A DNA stretch of 64,000 nt. It comes from Candidatus Eiseniibacteriota bacterium. GTDB taxonomy: Bacteria; Eisenbacteria; RBG-16-71-46. Numbering within the stretch: the stretch's first letter is position 1; the number at the start of each line of letters is the position of its first letter. The DNA lies in contig OY970342.1 of NCBI GenBank assembly GCA_963717505.1, positions 192,001-256,000 of the forward strand, written 5' to 3'. Below, piece by piece: positions 11,052 through 22,061 of the stretch. A model generated the notes under the pieces. The model did no database searches. It was not told the origin of the DNA and saw only the letters and a list, made by a program, of their open reading frames with translations. A program made the translations under genes and the position numbers.

Positions 11052-12458
11052 TCAGCGAGCGACCACGATTCGACGGCTCACGGACTCCTCGTTCACCGCG
11101 GCACGAGCCAGGTAGACCCCGGGGGCCACGCGACGTCCGTCGCGGTCTTCGAGATTCCAAAGGAGCCTGGTGCGTCCGGCAGAAAACCGGCCATGCGCCA
11201 GCATCGCGATTCGCCGGCCCGAAAGGTCGAAGACCTCGACGCGGCCCTCGGCAGCACTCGCCAGCGTGAGATCGAATCGCACCGACGTGCGTGCCGGGCT
11301 CGGCATCGGGGCACCGAGTTCCAAAGCGGCCGAAGTCGGTGCGCCGGAAACTCCGGTCACATCGTCGTCGAGACCGTCGAACACCACCACGGCCGGAGGC
11401 AGGCCGACGGCGAGTGGGCCCGCGATCGGGGCGTCGTTGGCCGCCGAATACACGTAGACCCCGGGGGCAGTGAATCCGTTGTTGCACACGTAGAGCTCGC
11501 CGCGGTCATTGAGCGCGCAGTCGGGCAGACTGAAGCCACCCGGATTCGACAGGGTTCCGGTCCTGAGGCCGTTGGCCGGGTTCCACGAGATGAGCAGCGT
11601 GTTGAACGACGCGTCGCTCACGATCGCGTAGGCGTGGGTCGAGGTGTGCCACTCGAGGTCGCCCAAGTCCCCTCCCAGCGCGGCCTCGGTCGCGCTGACC
11701 CCCACTGACGTGAGCTGATTCGGATCGATGACCGCGACGCCACCGTCGAGCGCTCCAAACCTGCCGACGCAGCCCAGGTGAAAACGCCTCGCGACCGGAT
11801 CCCACGCGAACTGGGTCACCGGATTCGTCAGCGGCAGCACGATCGCCTGGACACCCGGCAGCGTCGGATTCGCGTCCACCACCTGGTCGGTCTCCGTGTC
11901 GATGACCGCGACCAGGCTGGTGTCGGTTGGCTGGAATCCGCCGTTGCGGTCGAGGCGCTGGAGCGCCACGAACAACCAGCGTCCGAAGCGGCCCATACGA
12001 TCCGCCTCAGGGATACCGTCGGCATCGGCGAAGGCCGAGAGGTCGATGGTCGGTCCCAGGGTGCCGGCGTCGGGATTCACGATGCGCAGGAACGAAGTGC
12101 CGTAGAGCGACACGTAGGCCTTGTCGGGTGCAACCAACACGATGTCGGACGGATTGGCGCCGTTCCCGAGCGAGAACTGGCGCAGCGTGCCGTAGCCGGC
12201 CGCCGCGTCGATGACCTGGACATTGTCGGCGCCGAAGCGATTGAGAACGTAGAGCTTGCCGAACGCCCATCGGGCGCGGGCGTCCGAGTGAACGGTGGCG
12301 ACGTCCGCCGACACCGCCCGGCTCGTCAGATTCACGGCGCTGAGCCCGCCGGTGACGAAGTCGGAGGTCAGCACCAGCGCACGACTCTGGGCGGCCTGGG
12401 CCGGCGGTACGCCGGCGGCGAACACAATGGCGGCGAGAAGCATGAGTTTCCGGTACAT
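11052..12458 (-). CDS. Secreted beta-propeller (YncE/BtuG-like) with C-terminal FlgD-Ig domain
   Basis: SD AAGGGAG, signal peptide ..PAQA, propeller repeats (NPSDIVLV..KAYVS, VAVIDT), FlgD-type C-terminus. Lies directly downstream of the TonB receptor. Confidence 0.75.
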   Translation of the reverse strand: MYRKLMLLAAIVFAAGVPPAQAAQSRALVLTSDFVTGGLSAVNLTSRAVSADVATVHSDARARWAFGKLYVLNRFGADNVQVIDAAAGYGTLRQFSLGNGANPSDIVLVAPDKAYVSLYGTSFLRIVNPDAGTLGPTIDLSAFADADGIPEADRMGRFGRWLFVALQRLDRNGGFQPTDTSLVAVIDTETDQVVDANPTLPGVQAIVLPLTNPVTQFAWDPVARRFHLGCVGRFGALDGGVAVIDPNQLTSVGVSATEAALGGDLGDLEWHTSTHAYAIVSDASFNTLLISWNPANGLRTGTLSNPGGFSLPDCALNDRGELYVCNNGFTAPGVYVYSAANDAPIAGPLAVGLPPAVVVFDGLDDDVTGVSGAPTSAALELGAPMPSPARTSVRFDLTLASAAEGRVEVFDLSGRRIAMLAHGRFSAGRTRLLWNLEDRDGRRVAPGVYLARAAVNEESVSRRIVVAR

Positions 12459-12531
12459 GGCGCAGGTTTCTCCCTTGAGTGTTCGAAGATGGAGGGAATG
12501 GGTCACTGAGGCCGCGGATCGGAACTCGTTC

Positions 12532-14531
12532 TCATGGCGCAGGCCCGACACGGGCCTCGCATGCGGCGTAGATCGAGCGACCGGGCAACGGATAGCCGAG
12601 CACGTCATAGGAATGGACGTCGCCGAGATTCCGGCCTTCGAGCACGAACTCGAGCCCCGGAGTCAGGCGCCAGGATCCGCCGGCCCCGATCAATGCGCGG
12701 GCCGGGACCGACGTGCGGTTCGAGGGATCGAGATAGGTGAGGCTCGTGAAATCGACGTCGGTGAACAGGCCGAGGCGAGCCCAGCTGCCATCGAGCCGCC
12801 CGTAGATCCGGCTCCCGGGACGGCCGGGGAGCTGCTTTCCGATCCACGGCGCCCAGGTGCCGGCGTCGACCGCGCGCTGGCCGGTCCAGGCAAAGGTGGC
12901 GCTCAACCCGGCCCACGCCGAGGCGCGTGCCGAGACTTCGTCGCCTTCGATGCGCACGCTCGCCACGTTGGTCGGCCGAACGCTGGCCTGGGTCGGTCGG
13001 TAGAGAATCATGTCCTCGCCCCGGCTCTCGAAGTGGGCGTACTCGACCTCGGCCCAGGGACTGCCCGAACCGCCCACCCGGAGCACGACCGCCCGCGTCC
13101 CAGGTGCGCACGTGCTCGGGCTCGAGCGCGAGATTGCCGAGCACGCTCCCCTGGTTGCCGAACAGCTCGCCGAACTCGGGCGCACGCCAGGCGTCGGTCC
13201 AGTTGCCGCGCAGCTCGAGACCACGGGCGAGACGGATTCGCGCCCCGAGCTGAGGTGTGTCGATCTCGCGCGTAACGTCGGACTGGAAGGGAATCCCGGC
13301 GGTGCCGAGGCCGCGAATCTCGTCGGCAATGCGGTCCCAGCGCCGGGCGGCGTGCAGGAGGATCCGATCGACCGGGCTCGCTTCGACGATCACGGCCGCG
13401 CCCCAGCCCTCGCGAACGCTCTCCGGCGGATCGGCGTAGGAGTCGGCCTCGTTCGTGACCTGGGCGCGCTCGGCGCGATAGGACCCCGACGCTCTTACCG
13501 AGAGTCCGGCCGGCAGTCGATCCCAGCCGACCTCGGCGCCGACCTGCTCGCCCGAGAATCGGTCGTCGGAGTCGATCCGCCCCCAGCCCAGCTCGCCCAG
13601 CGGGTCTTCGAACTGCGAGCGCTCGCGACGCAGTCCGGCCTGGACATGAACGCCGGGCTCGAGCCCCTCGCCGCGGCGATCCAGCGTGAGTCGGGTCATC
13701 CAGCGCTCGAGGAACTCCTCGGCCTCGTGCGTCGTGATCGCTCCTCGACCCGGGAAGCCTTGCTCGCGGCGAAACCAGTCCTGGCGAAGTCCAACCTCGA
13801 ACCGGCGCGGTCCCCCCCACGCGAGGGCCGCGATCCCGTGGCTCGCCGAGAACTGATTGTTGGCGCGCGCGAAGGTGCTGTCGTCGGCCGGATTGAACGG
13901 CGTGCCGTTGTCGTCGAGGTAGTCGAAGTCGCCGCGTGATTCCTGATGGCCGGCGTTGACGTCGAACGTCAGGCGTCCGCGCCGGGCGCCGGCCAGACCG
14001 CGCGCTTCCCAGGTGCCGAACGAGCCGCCGGCCGCACGTACGTCGAGTCCGCGCGCGTGCGGAAGCGTCACCAGATTGATCGCCCCGGCCGGCGCCGGCA
14101 GGCCGAAGCCGAGCGGCACCGGTCCGCGATAGACCTCGATGCCCTCGAGTGCCGCGGCCGGAACGTCGCCCAGGCTCACCACCGAACCGGCGGCCGACTG
14201 GAGCGGCTCGCCGTCGATCAGCACGCCGACCTGGCTCGCCGGCGCGCCGCGCAAGGTCACGGTACTGAAGGCGCCGAGTCCTCCGTTCTGGACCACGCGC
14301 AAACCGGCGGCGCGCGCGAGTGCCAGACGGCAGCGACGAAACCGCGGTGCCCGGCGAGCGAACGTCGAGGTCCGAGACGAATCCGGTGGGTTGGCGAAGC
14401 TCGGCGGCAGAGCGCGGGCGGTCGCGCTCGACTCGAACCTCGGGGAGCAGGAGCACCGTGTCGCCGGGTGCGGTGGCCGGGGAGTCGGCGACGGCTGCGG
14501 TGAAGATCAGCAGCAGCCCGGAAACGATCAT
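12532..14531 (-). CDS. btuB: TonB-dependent cobalamin receptor; split by two frameshifts (~14310, ~13090)
   Basis: Signal peptide and EVRVE TonB-box-like segment, plug motifs VTLRG..VLIDG..IEVYRG..GAINLVT, barrel end NL.D..GYPLPGRS. B12 riboswitch upstream. Confidence 0.8.
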
Positions 14532-14644
14532 GGCGTCGCGCGCGCCTCAATCGAAACGGCCCCTCGTTGATTCGAAGAGGAGCCGGAAGGGAGCGCGGAC
14601 GCTCCGCCGCCGGCACCTTCTCGCGAAGCGCCGTGGTCGTGTTG

Positions 14645-14758
14645 CTTCCGGGCAGGTTTCCTGGCTCAGGGCCGTTGAGGACCCATTCACAGTGGCGGGA
14701 CCGCGGGGGTTTCGCACCCCTCTTCCCTATTACCCCACTCGATGCGGGCACCCGGAAG
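14645..14758 (-). promoter_or_regulatory. Cobalamin riboswitch (compact form)
   Basis: Minus strand reads GGTGC..AATAGGGAAG..GGTGCGAAACCC..GCCACTGTGA..GAGCCAGGAAACCTGCC (B12 box), closed by CTTCCGGG/CCCGGAAG (14751-58 pairs with 14645-52). Confidence 0.92.
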
Positions 14759-14904
14759 ATTTCGTCGACAAGGTGCGCTTCGCGCGTCGCGGCAGGTCAA
14801 GTGGATTCGCGCGCGCGTCGGGAGCGCATCGGTCGCAAGAGAATCGCGTTCGAGCACCCGTGGGCAATTGGACAGCGCCATGGCGAGGCGCGAAACTGCG
14901 GAAC

Positions 14905-15402
14905 ATGACGAACCGAGAACCCATCGACCCCGGCGTCACGATCGGTCACGTCCATCTGAAGGTGGCCGATCTCGATCGCGCGCTGGCGTTCTACAACGGC
15001 GTCCTCGGTTTCGAGGTCACGGCGCGGTTGCCGGCCGCGGCGTTCCTGTCCGCGGGCGGCTATCACCATCACATCGGGCTCAACACCTGGGAGAGCCGAG
15101 GCGGCTCGCCGCCGCCGCGCGGCACCACCGGTCTCTATCACGTCGCGATTCTCTATCCGAGTCGCAAGGCTTTGGCGGTTGCCCTGCGGCGACTCGATGC
15201 TGCCGGCATTTCACTCGACGGAGCGTCGGATCACGGCGTCAGCGAGGCGCTCTACCTCCACGATCCCGACGGCAACGGGCTCGAGTTGTATCGCGATCGA
15301 CCACGCGCCGAATGGCCGCGTGACGAGGGCGGCGGCTTTCGAATGATTTCAGAGCCGCTCGACGTCGAAGCCTTGCTGCGCGAAGCCCCCGCGACCGGCT
15401 GA
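14905..15402 (+). CDS. VOC/glyoxalase family protein (CatE-like single domain)
   Basis: IGHVHLKVADL, GGYHHHIGLNTW, GLYHVAILYP, DHGVSEALYLHDPDGNGLELY. Confidence 0.9.
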   Translation: MTNREPIDPGVTIGHVHLKVADLDRALAFYNGVLGFEVTARLPAAAFLSAGGYHHHIGLNTWESRGGSPPPRGTTGLYHVAILYPSRKALAVALRRLDAAGISLDGASDHGVSEALYLHDPDGNGLELYRDRPRAEWPRDEGGGFRMISEPLDVEALLREAPATG

Positions 15403-15528
15403 GCATTCCCCCTCGGGCTGACCGCGGCCTTCGAGGACCCAGGGTTCAGACCGCCGGCTGGAGCAGCCCCAGAGAAACGCCGACAACAGGGGGCATGCCT
15501 TCCACGACCCTCCCCGCCCCCGAGACCC

Positions 15529-17384
15529 ATGTCCGGTCGCTCGTGGCTTCGGCATTTCGGCCTGCTCGGCGTGCTCGCGGTCGGCATCGGTGTCGTGCGG
15601 GCCGCTCAGCTCGCCTGGATCAGCGACGACGCCTATATCTCGTTTCGCTACGCACGCAACCTCGTCGACGGGCTCGGGCTGGTCTACAACGCCGGGGAGC
15701 GGGTCGAGGGCTACACGAACTTCCTGTGGACGGTCTGGTGCGCGCTCGGGCTGCGACTCGGTGTCTCGGCCGAAGCCTGGGCGAACGCGACCAGCATCGC
15801 GTGCTTCGCGGCGACCATCGCGCTACTGGCTCGGCTTTCGGCGCGTCGGACGGCCGACCTCGGCTTCGCCGCACCGTTTCCGCTCGCGGCGCTATGGGTC
15901 GCCCTGCAGCCCGATGCCGGCGTGTTCGCGACCAGCGGACTCGAAACCTCGCTCTTCACGTTGCTCGTGGTCGCGGGCTACACCGCGCTGGTCGGACTCG
16001 GCGGCTCCACGGATGTGAGGCGATCGGCTGCCGCCGCGGCCTTCATGGGGCTGGCATGCCTCACCCGTCCGGACGGAGTCGTCTTCGCATGCTCGGGGGC
16101 GGCTACGTGCTGCTCGTGGCGCGGCCGCGGGCCCGCGCGGCGCTGGTCTACGGCGCGGTGCTGGCCGCGATCGGAGCGCCGTTCGCATGGTGGAAGCTCG
16201 CTTACTACGGCGATCTCCTGCCCAACACCTTCTACGCCAAGTCGGCCATGATTCCCTGGTGGGATCAAGGCTGGGCCTACGCGTGGCTCTACTTCAGCAA
16301 GTACCCGCCCATGATCGTGGGGCCGGTGCTGGTGTTGCTGCTCGCGGTCCTCGGGCGCAGCCGGCGCCCGGCATCGGAGCCGGGATCCTCATCCCCGATG
16401 TCGGCCCCTGGCTCCGGGGTCTTCGGTCCCGCGCTGTTGGCCACGGCGTTCGCGCTGGCCTACACGCTCTACGTGATTCGGGTCGGCGGCGATTTCATGT
16501 TCGCGCGCCTGCTGATCCCGGCCACGCCGTTCTACGCGCTCGCGGCCGAACTTGGACTCGCGGCGTTTGCCTGGCGCGCCGTCCCCCGACGCGCCGCAGT
16601 CGCCTTCGCGATTCCGGGAGTCCTGGCGCTGGCTGCGATTGGGCTGGCGCGCGATCCGTTCGACGACGTCGGCTGGGTGCGCGGCATCGTGAACGAGCGC
16701 GCCTACTACAAGGCTCGGGATCGCGAACGGATGGCCCAGGAGGGCAAGGATCTGCGTGAGCTGACGCGCGGACTGCCGGTGCGCGCCGCGATCGTGTGCG
16801 AGCAGGCGATCTCGGCCTACTACTCGGAGATTCCGGTGGTGTTCGAGGCGTGCGCCGGTCTGACCGACTCGGCGATCGCCCACCAGAGGATCGAGAAGCG
16901 CGGCCGGGTCGGACACGAGAAGAAGCCGAGCCTCGATTACCTCATCGAGTACCGGCGCGCCCACTTCAACATCGGCGCTCATCCCGGACTCGACCAGTTG
17001 CTGGGCCCGCACATCCCGGTGATCCGGCTCCGCTATCGGACCGCCTTGGCCACGCTGCTGACCTGGGATCCCGAGCTGATGGAGGAGTTCCGGCGACGGG
17101 GTGCCGAGTTCGAGGACTTCTCGGCCTCGCTCGATGACTTCATCGCCGACATGCCGAGGTACTCGGATTCGACGGTGGCGGGGATCTACGCCCGGGCGAA
17201 ACGCTTCTACTTCTCGGGCGTGGAAGACCCGCGGCGCGAAGCGCCCTTCCTGCAGCGACTGGCTCGCGACGGGCGACTTGCCGAAGTGGGCGGCTCCGCA
17301 TCGACCGTGGCGTCGGCCGAGTCGATACCGGATTGCCCTTGCGACGGTTTCGCTGGAGCGTCGACGCGCCCTAGCGATAGGTGA
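15529..17384 (+). CDS. GT-C fold membrane glycosyltransferase (AftB-like); frameshift ~16089
   Basis: DDAYISFRYARNL..GERVEGYTNFLW, SGLET, LTRPDG, then YYGDLLPNTFYAK, GGDFM, GLTD..IA, GHEK in the second frame. Confidence 0.75.
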
Positions 17385-18288
17385 GCTTGATCTGCCCCCA
17401 CGTCGTTCGACGAACCGGCGTCGGCGTCGTGTCCATCTGCAGGGATACGCGGGATACAGGGGCGCCGACAGACGGGCCCCCACAGCTCCCGATCCTCTCG
17501 GCGATCGGGATGAACTCCTCGAAGCTCTCGCACCGGGCCGACGCCGGGCGCGTAGTGGACGTAGCCTCGAGTCTCCGACCGTAACGTCCCGACCGAGGTT
17601 GCCGCTGTTGTCCGTAGCATGTGCTGAAGCCATAGTCGACCAGGTAGTCGACACGAACGCAATTCTTGAAGGTCCCAGCGGGAACGGTCACCGGCTCCAC
17701 CGCGACGATCTCGCCGTGTAGGAACACGTCGTCCGCGAGATCGGGAACCAATTGGAGGGTGAACGTGTTCCCTACCGAGACATCCGAGACCAACCACAGC
17801 CAGGCCTGCGTATCACTCTTGTTGCAGCGCCACGCGCCGATGTCGCCGGACGTCTTGAGATAGGCGAGTTCGCCATTGAGAAAGTAACCGTACGAGCCCG
17901 GAGCCCTGGTCTCCGGGCAATCGGCGTCGGACTCAACTTGCAGGATCTTGGTTCTCAGATCGGGGCGGGCGATCCACAGTTGGCGCAGGAACGGATCGGT
18001 CAGGGCCGGCTCACTCGACTCGACGAACGCCGGCCCGCTGATCAGCTCTTGACGCAGGTACTGCGCCTGGATCGCGGTGGGCGCGATCACGGTGCCATCC
18101 AGAAAAATGCGGGTCCGGTTCTCGACCACACTCGGCGTCAAGTCGAAGTCTTCGTACCGCTGAGCGTACGTCCAGCTTAGGCCGTCCTGGTTGGGCCACA
18201 ACTCGTCCATGGTCGGCTGCGCCATCGCGGGAACCGCGATCCATGCAGTGGCGGCGAGTGCGACCCAAACACCAATCCGCTTCGACAT
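17371..18288 (-). CDS. Secreted hypothetical protein, tandem paralog B, with C-terminal TWGQIKLTYR tail
   Basis: Signal peptide ..VPAMA, VTVPAGTF motif, closely similar to 18300-19211. Locally out of frame ~17535-17615 (compensating indels). Confidence 0.8.
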   Translation of the reverse strand: MSKRIGVWVALAATAWIAVPAMAQPTMDELWPNQDGLSWTYAQRYEDFDLTPSVVENRTRIFLDGTVIAPTAIQAQYLRQELISGPAFVESSEPALTDPFLRQLWIARPDLRTKILQVESDADCPETRAPGSYGYFLNGELAYLKTSGDIGAWRCNKSDTQAWLWLVSDVSVGNTFTLQLVPDLADDVFLHGEIVAVEPVTVPAGTFKNCVRVDYLVDYGFSTCYGQQRQPRSGRYGRRLEATSTTRPASARCESFEEFIPIAERIGSCGGPSVGAPVSRVSLQMDTTPTPVRRTTWGQIKLTYR

Positions 18289-18299
18289 TTCGGACGCCC

Positions 18300-19211
18300 C
18301 TAGCGATAGGTGAGCTTGAGCTGACCCCAAGACGCCCGGCGGACCGGCGTCGGCGTGGTATCCATATCCATCGAAACGCGGGTGGAGGGCTCCCCGAGGG
18401 GCGGCCCTCCGCAGTCCCCGATCAGTTCGACGTGCACAATGAACTCCTCGAAGCTCAGTACCGGTCCCACGCCGGGTGCGTAGTGGACATAGCCTCGCGT
18501 CTCGGCACGGAACGTGCCGGTGACATTGCCGCCAATGTCCACGCAGTCGCTGAAGCCATAGTCGACCACGTAGTCGACGCGGACGCAGTCCTTGAAGGTC
18601 CCGGCGGGGACCGTGACCGGCTCCACCGCGGCGATCTCACCGTGCAGGAACACGTTGTCCGTGAGATCAGGAATCAACTGGAGCGTGAACGTATTCCCGA
18701 GTGTGAGGTCCGAGACCAACCACATCCAGGCCTGCGTATCGTTCGCGTTGCAGCGCCACGCGCCAATGTCGTCGGGCGTCTTGAGATACGCCGACTCGCC
18801 TCTGAGGAGGATGCCGTATGCACCCGTCGCACCCCCCTTCGGGCACTCGGCGTCGGCTACCACCTTCATGATCTTGGTGCGCAGATCGGGGCGCGCGACC
18901 CACAGTTGGCGCAGGAACGGATCGCTCAGCGCGGGCTCGGACGTCGTCGCGAAAGCAGCCCCGCCGATCATCTCCTGCCGCAGGTACTGCGCTTGGATCG
19001 CGGTGGGCGCGATCACGGTGCCATCGAGAATGATCCGAACCCGGTTCTCGAGGACCCCGGGCTGCTCGAGGTCTTGCCAACGCTGCGCGTAGGTCCAGCA
19101 CAGGCCGTCCTGGTTGGGCCACAACTCGTCCATGGTCGGCTGCGCCATCGCGGGCGCGGCGACCCAGGCACTGGCGGCGAGTGCCACCCAAGGACCGACG
19201 CGGAACGACAT
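18300..19211 (-). CDS. Secreted hypothetical protein, tandem paralog A, with C-terminal SWGQLKLTYR tail
   Basis: Signal peptide ..APAMA, EPVTVPAGTFKDCVRV..HYAPGVGPV (DUF3108/TapB-like motif). Confidence 0.8.
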   Translation of the reverse strand: MSFRVGPWVALAASAWVAAPAMAQPTMDELWPNQDGLCWTYAQRWQDLEQPGVLENRVRIILDGTVIAPTAIQAQYLRQEMIGGAAFATTSEPALSDPFLRQLWVARPDLRTKIMKVVADAECPKGGATGAYGILLRGESAYLKTPDDIGAWRCNANDTQAWMWLVSDLTLGNTFTLQLIPDLTDNVFLHGEIAAVEPVTVPAGTFKDCVRVDYVVDYGFSDCVDIGGNVTGTFRAETRGYVHYAPGVGPVLSFEEFIVHVELIGDCGGPPLGEPSTRVSMDMDTTPTPVRRASWGQLKLTYR

Positions 19212-19305
19212 CACCAGTTCTCGTGGCTGAGGGAAGCTGCCTTGGAACCTCAATGAGGCTAGTCCCTGTTGGCACCTGCGTCCAGCCCCAAATGCGGCTC
19301 GAAGG

Positions 19306-20001
19306 TCATGCCTGCCGGTCCACCGCCGCGCGCGCGCGCCGGAACACCGCATGCCACATCGGGCGGGTCAGCCGGCCGGTGTTCGTGTTCTGCCGACTCG
19401 GATGATACGAGCTGAGCAGCGTCGTCCTATCGGGCAACTCCGTCTCCGCGCCGTGGCCGAATTTGGGGCGCTCGCGCGCGGTCAGCCGCTGCTTCCAGCC
19501 CGACGCCGCGAGCCATGCATCGTGGGCGATGGCCCCGAGGGTGACCACGACACGGACGCGGTCGAGTGCCGCGATCTCGCGCTCGAGGTACTCGCGGCAA
19601 CGACCCAGCTCGACCGGCGTCGGCTTGTTGTCGGGCGGCGCGCAGCGCGCCGCTGCCGAGATCCAGCACCCAAGAAGTTTCAGACCATCGTCTCGCGAGG
19701 TCGACTCGGGCTGGCTCGCGAAGCCGAAACGGTGGAGCGCTTCGTAGAGCCAGTCGCCACTCGAGTCCCCGGTGAACATGCGGCCGGTGCGGTTGGCTCC
19801 GTGCGCGGCGGGCGCGAGCCCGACCATCAGCAGGCGGGCGCGCGGGTCGCCGAAACCCGGCACCGGACGGCCCCAGTACGTCCAGTCCCGATAGGCCGGC
19901 CGCCCCGCGGCCGCGACGCGCTCGCAGTGCGCCCGCAGGCGCGGGCAGCGCTCGCAGGCCACGATTTCGCGGGCAATGCGGTCGAGGGACGTGCGAGTCA
20001 C
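19306..20001 (-). CDS. udgB: Uracil-DNA glycosylase family 5 (4Fe-4S)
   Basis: CERC, GLAPAAHGANRTGRMFTGD, RCAPPDNKP, YHPS. Confidence 0.92.
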   Translation of the reverse strand: MTRTSLDRIAREIVACERCPRLRAHCERVAAAGRPAYRDWTYWGRPVPGFGDPRARLLMVGLAPAAHGANRTGRMFTGDSSGDWLYEALHRFGFASQPESTSRDDGLKLLGCWISAAARCAPPDNKPTPVELGRCREYLEREIAALDRVRVVVTLGAIAHDAWLAASGWKQRLTARERPKFGHGAETELPDRTTLLSSYHPSRQNTNTGRLTRPMWHAVFRRARAAVDRQA

Positions 20002-20070
20002 GTCGCCCAGACTAGCGTTCCCGCCATCACCCTTGCCACGCCCTCCCGCACTTCCCTACAGTCCCCCGCC

Positions 20071-22050
20071 GTGCTCGAACGATTGCGGGCGGTCCTGATC
20101 GGCGGTCCGAAGAACTTCCTCGACCCCCGCATCCATCACGCGCTGGCCCTGGTCGCCTTCTTCGCCTGGGTCGGTCTCGGCTCCGACGGACTCTCGTCGT
20201 CGTGCTATGGACCCGAGGAGGCGTTTCGCGAGCTGGGTCGCCATCGCCACCTCGCGCTCTACCTGGTCGTTGCGATTGTCGGGACCGTCTTCCTCATTTC
20301 GGCCTCGTACAGCTACATCATCGAGTTGTTCCCGACCGGCGGCGGCGGCTACCTGGTGGCGACCAAGCTGCTGGGACCGACGCCGGGCGTGGTCTCGGGT
20401 GGTGCGCTGGTCGTGGACTACATCCTCACGATCGCGATCTCGGTTGCCTCGGGGTGCGACGCCATCTTCTCTTTCCTGCCGGAGGTCTGGCACGTTTTCA
20501 AGCTCCCGGTCGAGCTGGTGGTCGTCGCCACCCTGAGCAACATGAACGTGCGCGGGGTCAAGGAATCCATCTTCGTCCTGACCCCGATCTTCCTCGGCTT
20601 CATCCTCAGCCACATCGCGCTGATCCTGGTGGGCACCTTCGGGCACGCGACCGCGTTCCCGACGCTGATCCAGGACACCATGATCGACACCCGCGGCGCC
20701 ATCGACGAGATGGGCATGATCGGCGTCGCGCTGGTCTTCCTGCGCGCGTTCTCGCTGGGCGGCGGCACGTTCACGGGCATCGAGGCGGTCAGCAACAGCA
20801 CCGAGATCCTGCGCGAGCCGCGCGCGGTCACCGGGCGACGGACCATGCTCTACATGGCGATCTCGCTGGCGTTCACCGCCGGCGGCATTCTGCTCAGCTA
20901 CCTGATCAACGACGTTCACCACGAGACCGGCAAGACGCTGAACGCCTCGCTGTGGTCGACGTTGACTTCGGGCTGGCAGATCGGCGGCTGGAACATCGGG
21001 CCGGGGGTGGTGGTGTTCACCCTCCTCTCGGAGGGGGCGCTGCTGTTCGTCGCCGCGCAGACCGGGTTCATCGCGGGTCCGCGCACGCTGGCGGCGATGG
21101 CGGTCGACAACTGGGTGCCCAAGCGTTTCAGCCATCTCTCCGAGCGACTGGTCACCCAGAACGGGGTGCTCACCATGGGACTGGCCGCTGCGCTCACTCT
21201 GCTCTATACCGGCGGCTCGGTGCGACTGCTGGTGGTCATGTACTCGATCAACGTGTTCCTGACCTTCACGCTGACCCAGCTCGGCATGGTGCGGCACTGG
21301 ATCAACGTGCGCAGCGAGGTCGTACACTGGCGGCGCCGCCTTACCGTGGCGTTGCTCGGCACCGGCGTGACCGGTGGCATTCTGGTGGTGACCACGGTGG
21401 TCAAGTTCCAGGAAGGCGGCTGGGTGACGTTGCTGGCGACCGGAGGCTTCGTCGGCTTCTGTTTCATCGTTCGCACGCACTATCGGCGCGTGCAGAAGCT
21501 ACTGTCGTCGCTCGACGAGGTGCTGACCAACATCCCGATGCAGGACCCCAAGGAGCAGCCCGAGCTTGACCCCGAAGGCGCGACCGCGATCGTGCTGGTC
21601 GAATCGTATCGTGGGCTCGGGATTCACACGCTGCTCTCGATCCATCGCATGCTGCCGCGGCACTTCAAGAACTTCGTGTTCTGCTCGGTCGGCCTGGTCG
21701 ACTCCGGTCAGTTCAAAGGGGTTCGCGAGCTGGAAGCACTCGAGCAGAAAGTGCGGAAGGATCTCGAGAAATACGTCGCGCTCGCGAATCGAATGGGGTT
21801 CTACGCCGAGTATCGCTTTACCATGGGCACCGACCTGATCCAGGAACTCGAGGGTCTCTGCCTCGATCTGGTCAAGGAATTCCGGAAGCCCGTGGTGTTC
21901 GCCGGCCAGCTCGTGTTCCAGCGTGAGAACCTATTCACGCGTACGCTGCACCACGAGACTGCGTTCTCGATCCAACGCCGGCTGCAGTTCGCCGGCATTC
22001 AGGTCATCATCCTGCCGATCCGCGTCTGGGAAAAGAAGCGGTCGGCGTAA
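20071..22050 (+). CDS. APC-superfamily permease, KimA-like potassium/amino-acid transporter
   Basis: GSDGLSSSCYGPEE, GGGGYLVA, VDYILT, TGIEAVSN, about 12 TMs plus a cytoplasmic C-terminal domain. GTG start inferred. Confidence 0.85.
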   Translation: MLERLRAVLIGGPKNFLDPRIHHALALVAFFAWVGLGSDGLSSSCYGPEEAFRELGRHRHLALYLVVAIVGTVFLISASYSYIIELFPTGGGGYLVATKLLGPTPGVVSGGALVVDYILTIAISVASGCDAIFSFLPEVWHVFKLPVELVVVATLSNMNVRGVKESIFVLTPIFLGFILSHIALILVGTFGHATAFPTLIQDTMIDTRGAIDEMGMIGVALVFLRAFSLGGGTFTGIEAVSNSTEILREPRAVTGRRTMLYMAISLAFTAGGILLSYLINDVHHETGKTLNASLWSTLTSGWQIGGWNIGPGVVVFTLLSEGALLFVAAQTGFIAGPRTLAAMAVDNWVPKRFSHLSERLVTQNGVLTMGLAAALTLLYTGGSVRLLVVMYSINVFLTFTLTQLGMVRHWINVRSEVVHWRRRLTVALLGTGVTGGILVVTTVVKFQEGGWVTLLATGGFVGFCFIVRTHYRRVQKLLSSLDEVLTNIPMQDPKEQPELDPEGATAIVLVESYRGLGIHTLLSIHRMLPRHFKNFVFCSVGLVDSGQFKGVRELEALEQKVRKDLEKYVALANRMGFYAEYRFTMGTDLIQELEGLCLDLVKEFRKPVVFAGQLVFQRENLFTRTLHHETAFSIQRRLQFAGIQVIILPIRVWEKKRSA

Positions 22051-22061
22051 CGGAGACACTC

